From the NCBI GenBank assembly GCA_965249185.1, contig CBDFLS010000001.1:193972-257971 (forward strand): DNA of 64,000 nucleotides, given 5' to 3'. Made by a program: the position numbers and the translations under genes. The DNA comes from Dehalococcoidia bacterium (lineage in GTDB: Bacteria > Chloroflexota > Dehalococcoidia > Lucifugimonadales > Australimonadaceae). Shown here one piece after another: positions 1 to 7,816 of the stretch. The notes under the pieces were generated by a model. It was not told the DNA's origin and made no database searches. It saw nothing but the letters and a program-made list of their open reading frames with translations. How positions within the stretch are numbered: position 1 is the first letter of the stretch; each line of letters begins with the position of its first letter.

Positions 1-739
1 CCTGGGCCTTGGGCTGGTAGCCGTCCAGGTTCAGGTGACAGAGCGGGCACGGCGTCACCATGGCGTCGGCCCCGTGCTCCTTGGCGCTGTGGGTGTGGTT
101 GCCCACCATGGCCAGGGAGTTCCGCTCGTTGATGGTGAGCAGGGGAAAGCCGCAGCACTTGGTGCGTCCCGGGAAGTTCACCGCCTCGCCGCCGCACAGC
201 TCGATAAGCTGCTCCAGGTACTGCTCCCGACCCGGGTTCTCGTCGATGCCCAGGGCCCACGACGGACGGAGGATGTAGCAGCCGTAGAAGGGCGCCACCT
301 TCAGCTCCCGCAAGGGGTTCGTGATGAGCGGACGCAGCGCGTCCAGCCCCACCTCCTCCACCAGCACCCACGCCAGGTGCTTGATCACCACCCTGCCCTG
401 GTACTCCAGGTCCTCCTCGGCCAGCACCTGGTTGATTTCATCCAGGTAGTTGGGGTCGGCGAGCAGCCGGTAGTTCGCCTGGGCCATCACGCCCTGGCAG
501 GTGGAGCAGATGTTCATGATGGTGGTGTGGCCCATGCGCTCGGCCATGGCGAAGGTGCGGGCGTTCAGCGTATCGCCAAGCCGCAGGCCCTTCTCCTGGA
601 GGACGCCGGCGCCGGTGCAGGAGGCGCCCACGATCTCCTCCAGCTCCAGCCCGATCTTGGCCGCCACGGCCATGGTGGAGGTGTAGAGCTCGGGGCAGCC
701 GCCGCGCGAGACACAGCCGGGATAAAAAGCGTAACTCAT
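1..739 (-). CDS. HdrB-like CCG-domain Fe-S subunit (SdhE-type anchor of type-E succinate dehydrogenase), 3' end outside window
   Basis: Manual translation MSYAFYPGCVSRGGCPELY...ASCTGAG...TICSTC...PFYGCY...KCCG...VTPCPLCHLNLD. ATG at 739 overlaps the sdhB stop (ATGA). Not in the ORF track because it is truncated. Confidence 0.88.
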   Translation of the reverse strand, partial: MSYAFYPGCVSRGGCPELYTSTMAVAAKIGLELEEIVGASCTGAGVLQEKGLRLGDTLNARTFAMAERMGHTTIMNICSTCQGVMAQANYRLLADPNYLDEINQVLAEEDLEYQGRVVIKHLAWVLVEEVGLDALRPLITNPLRELKVAPFYGCYILRPSWALGIDENPGREQYLEQLIELCGGEAVNFPGRTKCCGFPLLTINERNSLAMVGNHTHSAKEHGADAMVTPCPLCHLNLDGYQPKAQ

Positions 740-1698
740 TTCGTTTTCTCCGAGCGGCGAAAGATGCCCGCCAGGTTCTTTGCTCCCGGCCGTTTCTTAT
801 GCCGGATTGGAGGCAGCTTGCCCCGCAGCAGCGCGCGCAATCCCACGGGCAGCGCCGCGATCAGTTTGGGCAGATTGAACATGCCCCAGGTCTCGATGGG
901 CAGGCGCAGCTCGTCCAGCCATCCCGTGTGCTCCACTGACTTCGCGAAGGATGCCACGTGCCGTGAGCCATACGCGCCGTAGCCCTTGGCCATCCCTGCT
1001 TCCATGATGCCTTCACGTAGCGCCATGATCCGCTCCATGGGCTCGACACCCTTGGGGCACACCTCCACGCACTCGTAGCAGCGGGTGCAGTCCCAGACGC
1101 CGCCGTACTCGTTCAGGCTGCGGAACCGCTCCTCGTCCGCTCCATCGCGGGGGTCTCCGACGAACCGATAGGCCTTGGCCAGCGCGGCGGGGCCCAGGAA
1201 GTTCTTGTCCACCTCCAAGGCGGTGCAGTCGGAGACACAGGCCCCGCACATGATGCAGGCCATGACCCCGGTTAGCTCCAGCATCGCCTTGTTGGGTGCG
1301 ATGTACTCCTCCTCGGGCTCCGGGCCCTCGGGCTGCAAGTAGGGCGCCACGGACCGAATCTTCTGCCAGAAGAGCTGCTGGTCCACCACCAGGTCCTTCA
1401 CCACCGCCTGGTTCCCCATGGGCGCCACGTCGACCGGCTCCCCCTGGGGCGCCACCGATTGCAGTCGCGTCTTGCACGCCAGCCGCGCTTGGCCGTTGAC
1501 GCGCATGGCGCAGGAGCCGCAGATGGCCGCGCGGCACGAGCAGCGGAGGGCGAGACTCGGGTCAACCTCCTCCCTCACCTTGATCAGCGCGTCCAGCACG
1601 GTGAAGTGCTCCTCGGCTTCAATCTGGTACTCCTGGATATGCGTCTGGGGCTGCTGGCCCTCGGGATCGTAGCGTTGTACGCGTAGCGTGGCTTGCAT
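736..1698 (-). CDS. sdhB: Succinate dehydrogenase/fumarate reductase iron-sulfur subunit
   Basis: CSCRAAICGSC [2Fe-2S], CIMCGACVSDC and CTRCYECVEVCP motifs. Start moved to MQATLRVQRY (ATG 1698, GAGGA SD upstream). Confidence 0.93.
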   Translation of the reverse strand: MQATLRVQRYDPEGQQPQTHIQEYQIEAEEHFTVLDALIKVREEVDPSLALRCSCRAAICGSCAMRVNGQARLACKTRLQSVAPQGEPVDVAPMGNQAVVKDLVVDQQLFWQKIRSVAPYLQPEGPEPEEEYIAPNKAMLELTGVMACIMCGACVSDCTALEVDKNFLGPAALAKAYRFVGDPRDGADEERFRSLNEYGGVWDCTRCYECVEVCPKGVEPMERIMALREGIMEAGMAKGYGAYGSRHVASFAKSVEHTGWLDELRLPIETWGMFNLPKLIAALPVGLRALLRGKLPPIRHKKRPGAKNLAGIFRRSEKTK

Positions 1699-1739
1699 GA
1701 ACACGTCCTCTATCGTTTCCATCTCCCAGACCTGGCGGG

Positions 1740-3446
1740 CTAGTAGACCCGTTGCTGGGGCTCCCAGCGAGTCATGGTCACCGGCAGATAGTCCACCTGG
1801 GGACCACCGTCCGAGTGTGTCACCAGCGTATGCTTCAGCCACTCGGCGTCGTTCCGCTCGGGCATATCGCGCCGGAAGTGGGCGCCACGGCTCTCCTTGC
1901 GCGCGAGCCCGCTCACGGCCACGGTCTCCGCGATATCCAGCATGTAGCCGAGCTCCAGGTGAAAGAGCAGGTCGGTATTGTAGACGTGCCCCTTGTGGAC
2001 CACCGGCAGCTTCTGATATCGCTCCTTAAGCTTCAGCACGCTGCCGAGCGCCGCCTGCATGCCCTCCTCCGTGCGGAAGACGGCCAGGTGTTCGTTCATC
2101 GTCTCGCCCATCTCCAAGCGCAGCTTGGAGGTCGCATCGCTCCCGCTTGCCGGACGGCCCATCATGCTCTCGAGACGCGCTTGGGCATCGCTGAGATGCG
2201 CCGGCGACACGTCGGTGTCCGGCCGCTCGCCGGCATAGCTGGTGGCCGCCTCGCCGGCACGCCTGCCGAAGACGACCGTCTCCAGCAGCGAGTTGGCGCC
2301 CAGCCGGTTGCCGCCGTGGACGCTTATGCAGGCGCATTCGCCCGCCGCGAAGAGCCCAGGCACCCCCTTCCACCGGTCCCCGCCCACATCCCAGGTACGG
2401 CCCTCCTCGTCGGTCTTGATGCCGCCCATGATGTAGTGCTGGCCCGGCCGGATGGGCACCGGCGCCTCCACGATGTCCACGCCAGCGAAGTCCACGGCCA
2501 CTTCGTGGATGTACTTGAGCTTGGTGCTGATCAACTCTCTGCCCAGGTGCCGGATGTCCAACAGCACACACCCGTCCACGCCCCTGCCCTGCTCGATCTC
2601 CATCTGCTCGGCCCTGGAGACCACGTCCCGGGAGGCGAGTTCCTTCATCTTCGGAGCGTAACCCTCCATGAACCGCTCTCCCTTGGAGTTCAGCAGATAG
2701 GCGCCCTCCCCTCGGGCGGCCTCGGTCAGGAGCACGCCGTTCCCCTTGAGCGTGGTGGGGTGGTACTGGACCATCTCCATGTCCATCAGCGTGGCGCCCG
2801 CCCGGTACGCCTGGGTAATGCCGTCGCCGGTGCAGATGAGCGCGTTGGTGCTGGGCTCGTAGACGCGGCCGATACCACCCGTGGCCAATATCGTGGCGTT
2901 GGCGGTGACGGCATGGAGCTTGCCCGTGAGCATCTCCAGGGCAATCACGCCGCGACAGACGCCGTCCTCAACGATCAGGTCCGTGACGAACCACTCCTCG
3001 TACGAGCGGACGCCAAGCTTCATGATCTGCTCGTACATCACGTGGAGGATCGCCTGGCCGGTGATGTCGGCGACGAAGAAGGTGCGGGCGTAGCTGGCGC
3101 CACCGAAGGCGCGGGTGCCCAGACGCCCCTCCTCATCCCGGTTGAAGATGACGCCCATGTGCTCCTGCTCGATGATCTCGTTGGGCGCCTCCTGGCACAT
3201 GATCTCGATGGCGGCCTGGTCGCCGAGGTAATCGCTGCCCTTGACTGTATCGAAGACGTGGGAGTCCACCGAGTCCTCGGTCCCCCGCAGGGCGGCGTTG
3301 ATCCCGCCCTGGGCGGCGTTCGAGTGGCTGCGGACCGGATGCACCTTGCTGAGCATGGCCACGTTGGCCCCAGCCCGGTGCGCGGCGATGGCCGCCCGCA
3401 TGCCGGCCAAGCCAGCCCCTACCACCAGAACGTCGTGGTCGACCAT
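1740..3446 (-). CDS. sdhA: Succinate dehydrogenase/fumarate reductase flavoprotein subunit
   Basis: GAGLAG FAD motif, SHSNAAQGG covalent-FAD His, HGGNRLGANSL, ESRGAHFR. Confidence 0.95.
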   Translation of the reverse strand: MVDHDVLVVGAGLAGMRAAIAAHRAGANVAMLSKVHPVRSHSNAAQGGINAALRGTEDSVDSHVFDTVKGSDYLGDQAAIEIMCQEAPNEIIEQEHMGVIFNRDEEGRLGTRAFGGASYARTFFVADITGQAILHVMYEQIMKLGVRSYEEWFVTDLIVEDGVCRGVIALEMLTGKLHAVTANATILATGGIGRVYEPSTNALICTGDGITQAYRAGATLMDMEMVQYHPTTLKGNGVLLTEAARGEGAYLLNSKGERFMEGYAPKMKELASRDVVSRAEQMEIEQGRGVDGCVLLDIRHLGRELISTKLKYIHEVAVDFAGVDIVEAPVPIRPGQHYIMGGIKTDEEGRTWDVGGDRWKGVPGLFAAGECACISVHGGNRLGANSLLETVVFGRRAGEAATSYAGERPDTDVSPAHLSDAQARLESMMGRPASGSDATSKLRLEMGETMNEHLAVFRTEEGMQAALGSVLKLKERYQKLPVVHKGHVYNTDLLFHLELGYMLDIAETVAVSGLARKESRGAHFRRDMPERNDAEWLKHTLVTHSDGGPQVDYLPVTMTRWEPQQRVY

Positions 3447-3562
3447 GGACTCAGCACCTTCCTCTTAGGGGAATAACCGCACGGCCAGTAACTATAGCAG
3501 AGGGGCGATGGGCGGACAACGGCGGGCGACCATGCGGCGGCCACCTGCGCGGGGGCAGACAT

Positions 3563-3597
3563 GCAGATGGGCCACCCGTGTAAGGTGGCCCATCTGC
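3563..3597. terminator. Perfect 14-bp hairpin downstream of RRM gene / upstream of sdhA
   Basis: GCAGATGGGCCACC-cgtgtaa-GGTGGCCCATCTGC. No strong U-tract. Confidence 0.45.
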
Positions 3598-3660
3598 TCA
3601 TCGCACGGCCCGAGCCGTTCCCCTAACTAGCGGACTGTGCGCCGTTCGTCTAGGAGTGGC

Positions 3661-3939
3661 CTACCAACGGCCGCTGGGACGACGATTGTCCTGGGAACCT
3701 CGGGGCTTCGCCTCGTTTACCGTGAGGGCACGGCCACCGAGCTCCTTCCCGTTCAGTCCATTAATGGCGTCCCGAGCATTAGTCTCGTCCGCCATCTCAA
3801 CGAATCCAAATCCGCGGGACCGCCCTGTGTCGCGGTCCATGACGACCTGCGTCGAGGAGACCGACCCGAAGGGGCTGAATACCTCGCTAAGGTCATCGTT
3901 GGTTGTGTTGTACGACAAGTTTCCGACATAAATGTTCAT
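3661..3939 (-). CDS. RRM (RNP-1) RNA-binding protein, Rbp-type
   Basis: MNIYVGNL (RNP2), RSRGFGFVEM (RNP1), LTVNEAKPR. AAGGAG SD before ATG 3939. Confidence 0.95.
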   Translation of the reverse strand: MNIYVGNLSYNTTNDDLSEVFSPFGSVSSTQVVMDRDTGRSRGFGFVEMADETNARDAINGLNGKELGGRALTVNEAKPRGSQDNRRPSGRW

Positions 3940-4070
3940 TCGGCGCTCCTTATGCACCATGAATTCTCCATGACGTCGCGGTGAGCGCCGAATGCAACTG
4001 TGAAACCCAAAAGAGTGCAGAGAGGGGGGAACGTCGTCGCCATGAGCTCGGTCACTAGTGGAGTAAGGCA

Positions 4071-4100
4071 ATTATACCACACGCTTAATTGCAACGGCAA
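4071..4100 (-). promoter_or_regulatory. sigma70-type promoter for minus-strand RRM gene
   Basis: Minus strand TTGCCG-N18-TATAAT with extended -10 TG. Confidence 0.6.
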
Positions 4101-4170
4101 TCCCCGTTCCGCTCAACGTTCATCGGCACACGAACCAGTATGCCTTACAAGCTCTCAGCGATAGGTGGCG

Positions 4171-4199
4171 TTGTCGTGGGTGCCGCGAGGTGTTACTCT
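4171..4199 (+). promoter_or_regulatory. sigma70-type promoter for plus-strand RRM gene
   Basis: TTGTCG-N17-TACTCT with extended -10 TG. Confidence 0.5.
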
Positions 4200-4250
4200 T
4201 AAAGCAGTCCCTCATACAGACCCCATCTGCGTACGAACCCAACCGGATGG

Positions 4251-4284
4251 GACCGCTGGCCGAGAGTGGCGGCGGTCTTTTTTT
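4251..4284 (+). terminator. Intrinsic terminator inside the 5' leader of the second RRM gene
   Basis: GACCGCTGGCC-gagagt-GGCGGCGGTC followed by T7. Confidence 0.7.
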
Positions 4285-4378
4285 GACTGCCTTAGTCTCC
4301 ATCAATCGAGAGCCCTAGTGTCCATCAATCAAGAGACGGTCTGCCGGAGGCACCAGCCCAAGGAGATGCGGAGGGTCC

Positions 4379-4669
4379 ATGAATATTTTTGTGGGGAACC
4401 TTTCTCACCGAGTATGTGAAACGGACCTGGGCGCGCTGTTCGAGGCGCACGGCAACGTTAGCTTTATCACCATCACCACGGACAGCTATGACGACGTCCG
4501 AGTGCGCGACTTTGAGGACCATGACTCCGTGAGACGATCACGGGGTTACGGGTACGTAGAAATGCCTAGCCGCGATGAGGCCCAGGCAGCCGTCGATACG
4601 CTCCACGGCACAGTCCTCTTGGGCCGCGCCCTAACAGTTATCGAGGCTCTCCCAAGGGCCACGAAGTAA
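4379..4669 (+). CDS. Second RRM RNA-binding protein with loop insertion
   Basis: MNIFVGNL, RSRGYGYVEM, GRALTVIEALPR. GGAGG SD. Confidence 0.88.
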   Translation: MNIFVGNLSHRVCETDLGALFEAHGNVSFITITTDSYDDVRVRDFEDHDSVRRSRGYGYVEMPSRDEAQAAVDTLHGTVLLGRALTVIEALPRATK

Positions 4670-5154
4670 GGGAACGTTAGCGCCCGCTCCGCGGGGTACA
4701 TTCGCGGTGGCATTGTCGCCCTCGACGACATCGTAGAAGACTGGACGAGCCAAACGCTGTAGGCGGATTGCCCTGGCCGCCGGTGACGAGCTGGCGGCGA
4801 CCTGCGGTCCCAACTCCCGCGCTACTCGCCGCTGTCCACCACGCTTCCCGGGGATGGAGACCCCTCGGGAGCCACCAAAGACCCCTGGGGAATCGGTGGC
4901 GCCGCTACGGCGCCCCTATCGCAATGGACCCGCAGATGCGACGGCATCCACTGGTGTGCTCTCCGCGATAGGTCTTTTACGTAACAACGTGACGCCTAGC
5001 GTGGCCACCACGACGCTGGTGTCGGTGGACATTTGAAATAGCGGCAAATGTCAGCGGGGGCGCAGACACCGATAGATGGTACACCTACGCAACAATAGTG
5101 AGAACTCTGTCCATCTTTGAACTGCGCTTAAGACGGTGTGTTTAAGAAAAAGAT

Positions 5155-5998
5155 GGGTAAAGTCCCGTTTTAGCCACCGGATTAGCTTTGAAGCAGCTTG
5201 AACAATGTCTTAACCTGTTCTGGTCCCAACAGACGCCGATGATTGTAGCGCCAGACATACTCAGCAAGATAGAGGGGCAGCCGTTCTCGGCGGACTCCCC
5301 CTTTGGCTGCCAGACGCCGCTTGAGATAACCCCAGAAGCCCTCCAAGCCGTTGACGTGGCTCCCTTGCCGATCGCTGAACGCCTGGCTGTGGTCCACAAG
5401 CCGATGGACGTAGCCCCCCGCTGCGACGCCCGTGTAGCTGTAAAGGTGTCCGAGCAGACGATGGAGCCACGTTGCACGCGTTGGTGCAGGAGCGGCAGCA
5501 GCGTCTTGGCTTCCACGTTAGGTACCACTTGCGCCCACACCAGGCCACCTCGACACAGGATCCCAAAGACAGCTTGCTTAGTGGTTCCACGGCCCCGCTT
5601 CGTGCCCTGAACACGCTTTGCCAGGCGCCTGTTGCGCCAGGAACCTCCCAGGTAGGTCTCGTCGACCTCCACCACGCCGGAGAAGACATGGGGAACGTCC
5701 CGGACCATGGCCTGGCGCACCACGATCAGGGCTCGCAGGACTCGCTTTCGCTCCAGGCGGGCCTCCTGGGCAATCACCTCGGCACTCTGCCCCAAGACGA
5801 ACCAGCGCAACAGTCGCCGCCACTCCCCTGGCGACAACCGAAGCGGCAGCGCCCTGGGCACCCACTCGTAGTGGCAGGCTGCACAACGACTCTTACCTCG
5901 CCGAATGCCCCAGCTCTTGGCGTGTTGACATCGAGGGCACCCAATCTTCCGTCCCATGCCACCATTCTCTCACAGGTGGCTGTTTTGGGACTATACCC
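5155..5998 (-). mobile_element. IS1595-family insertion sequence, copy 1 (844 bp, frameshifted transposase)
   Basis: 24-bp imperfect terminal IRs GGGTATAGTCCCAAAACAGCCACC / GGGTAAAGTCCCGTTTTAGCCACC. Flanking duplication AAAAGAT. Near-identical to copies at 11896 and 44630. Confidence 0.93.
5182..5957 (-). pseudogene. IS1595 transposase with 1-bp deletion
   Basis: Lacks one G near 5440 (GCTGTAAAGG vs GCTGGTAAAGG in intact copies), splitting the ORF into 5142..5957 and 5182..5397. Could be a sequencing indel. Confidence 0.8.
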
Positions 5999-6823
5999 AA
6001 AAGATTGCCCTAGCGAACCCGTAGAACAAAGCACGAATTGCTCACATCTGCTGTATCTGAAGATCGAATTCCCAACGCGGTCCACAACATTAACGCCTGC
6101 ACCTCCGAAGAACTGAAAGATCTTCGGAATCGTCCCCATAAACGACTCCATCGAGCTCGTCGAGAACCATAGCGGTGTCGGGAGAGCGGATGAGACCGAG
6201 CCACTGTATGATGACTGCCAGCCATTACAAAATGCAATCTTACGATGAAGTTGTGGAACAGGACTTCGGATCAGCCGGTGGATCGTCTACGTTAGCTCTG
6301 ATGGCGAGGTTGTGTGTAACCTCGTTCACAACCTCGAGGATGGTGGAGAACGCAAGATCAAAGAGCAGGCTCCAACGGTTCTTCCCGACCCCCATGTACT
6401 GCCTTCAGTCGGATAATTCCCTACGATCTTGCCACATGAAGTCGAAGAGGCTGCCTGGTACGTACCATCGGTGGTCTCTTCGCATCCGTTACAGGGGTTA
6501 TCCAAACATCCCTTGACTCCACTCATGCGGCGTTCCTTTGTCCACACCAAGCAGAACTCGTCATCAATAGGTACGATAGCCCCATCGATAAAACGGCCGA
6601 CCCAACATTCGGCTTATCATCGTTGCTAGACTAGTGTAGTTTCGATTACGATGGAAAGAGTTTGTACTGACTATTGCTCGAGAGATGTATCGGCGAAGGG
6701 AGGGCCTGCATCGGTTCCGTCGTGACCAAGATGGTGGTGAAAGACATGGAGGTCGTCGTTTCTACCAACCCGGCTAGCATGCGGAGTGAAGGCGGATGAT
6801 TGAGTTCTTGCTATTATCGCGAA

Positions 6824-6898
6824 TGGTACCCCTGGGGAGACTCGAACTCCCGCAACCGGCTCCGGAGGCCGGTGCTCTATCCACTGAGCTACAGGGGC
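6824..6898 (-). tRNA. tRNA-Arg(CCG)
   Basis: GCCCCTGTAGCTCAGTGGATAGAGCA-CCGGC-CT-CCG-GA-GCCGG-TTGCGGGAGTTCGAGTCTCCCCAGGGGTACCA. Encoded CCA. TTGTGA-N17-TATACT promoter upstream. Confidence 0.97.
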
Positions 6899-7012
6899 TT
6901 GAAGCCAGTATACCAACCGGCCTATGGGCTCACAAGAAGCCGAGGCACCCCGGCCTCTCATATATCGCGCGGAGGGATGATGAAGAAGCCCAGGAATGGA
7001 ACTGCAAAGGGG

Positions 7013-7041
7013 TTGACATCCCCTAGTGGGCTGCATATGAT
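7013..7041 (+). promoter_or_regulatory. Near-consensus sigma70 promoter of collagen-like gene
   Basis: TTGACA-N17-TATGAT. Confidence 0.75.
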
Positions 7042-7131
7042 TGGGCAGGTTCGCGGCTTGGCCAGCGTCTATTAGGCTGTCCAAGGTATTTTCGTGGGGA
7101 AGAACACGCTAAGCGCTTGAAAGGGGGGTCG

Positions 7132-7731
7132 ATGAAACGCTTCCTCAGTGCCCGAGGAATGATTTTAGTTCTCCTGGCCGCGGGTATTGCTTTGGTAGCC
7201 GCGGCATGTTCAGGCAGCGATGGTGGCCAAGGGGCTCCAGGCTCCCAGGGTTCCCCAGGCATCCAGGGTTCCCAAGGCATCCAGGGTCTCACCGGTCCCC
7301 AAGGCATTCAGGGATCTCAGGGTATCTCAGGCGCAGACGGCGCCCGGGGCCCTCAGGGTCCAACAGGTTCGCAGGGTGACACGGGTCCCAAGGGCGATCG
7401 CGGAGCCCGTGGACTCCAGGGCGTTGTTGGTCGATTCGGCCCGACGGTCCCGCTGTCCATCGTGCTGAGCGCTTCGACCCAGGCGGCTGGCACGCTCAAC
7501 GTCACCGTCTACGGCTCAGGCTTCACCGCGAGCTCGACCGTGACACTGCAGCTCGCATGGCCTGACGGCTCGACGAGCAGCTTGGGATCCGCCACGGCCA
7601 ACGCCGGCGGCGCGTTCTGGACAGACCTGACAACGACCACTTCCCTGACGGAGGGTGGGTACGCCGTCTGGGCCACGGACACATCCGGGGCCAGCGCCAC
7701 CGCTCCTCTGGTCGCGACCGCGCCCAAGTAG
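7132..7731 (+). CDS. Collagen-like lipoprotein with C-terminal beta-rich domain
   Basis: Signal peptide with lipobox LVAAAC, 26 uninterrupted Gly-X-Y triplets, then an Ig-like S/T-rich domain (VTVYGSGF). Confidence 0.85.
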   Translation: MKRFLSARGMILVLLAAGIALVAAACSGSDGGQGAPGSQGSPGIQGSQGIQGLTGPQGIQGSQGISGADGARGPQGPTGSQGDTGPKGDRGARGLQGVVGRFGPTVPLSIVLSASTQAAGTLNVTVYGSGFTASSTVTLQLAWPDGSTSSLGSATANAGGAFWTDLTTTTSLTEGGYAVWATDTSGASATAPLVATAPK

Positions 7732-7754
7732 TAGCAACTCGCTGCAATCGAGGT

Positions 7755-7794
7755 AAAAGAAGGCCCCTCTGGTGTTCCAGAGGGGCCTTCTTTT
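7755..7794. terminator. Bidirectional intrinsic terminator
   Basis: AAAAGAAGGCCCCTCTGG-tgtt-CCAGAGGGGCCTTCTTTT between convergent genes. Confidence 0.9.
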
Positions 7795-7816
7795 GACTTC
7801 GCGGAGAAAGAACCAG

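Noticed and set aside
1752-3476. Long antisense ORFs (also 9195..10586, 28355..29890, 60237..62069 and others)
   Set aside because: Shadow frames of high-GC genes on the opposite strand, with no motifs or SD.
5040-5080. GGCAAA...AGCGGGG...ACCGA, reminiscent of a c-di-GMP-I riboswitch
   Set aside because: No P2 hairpin with GNRA loop between two GCAAA motifs, spacing too short, and no downstream gene.
5397-5460. Programmed frameshift in IS1595 copy 1
   Set aside because: The other two copies are single ORFs. The difference is a 1-bp deletion with no slippery heptamer.
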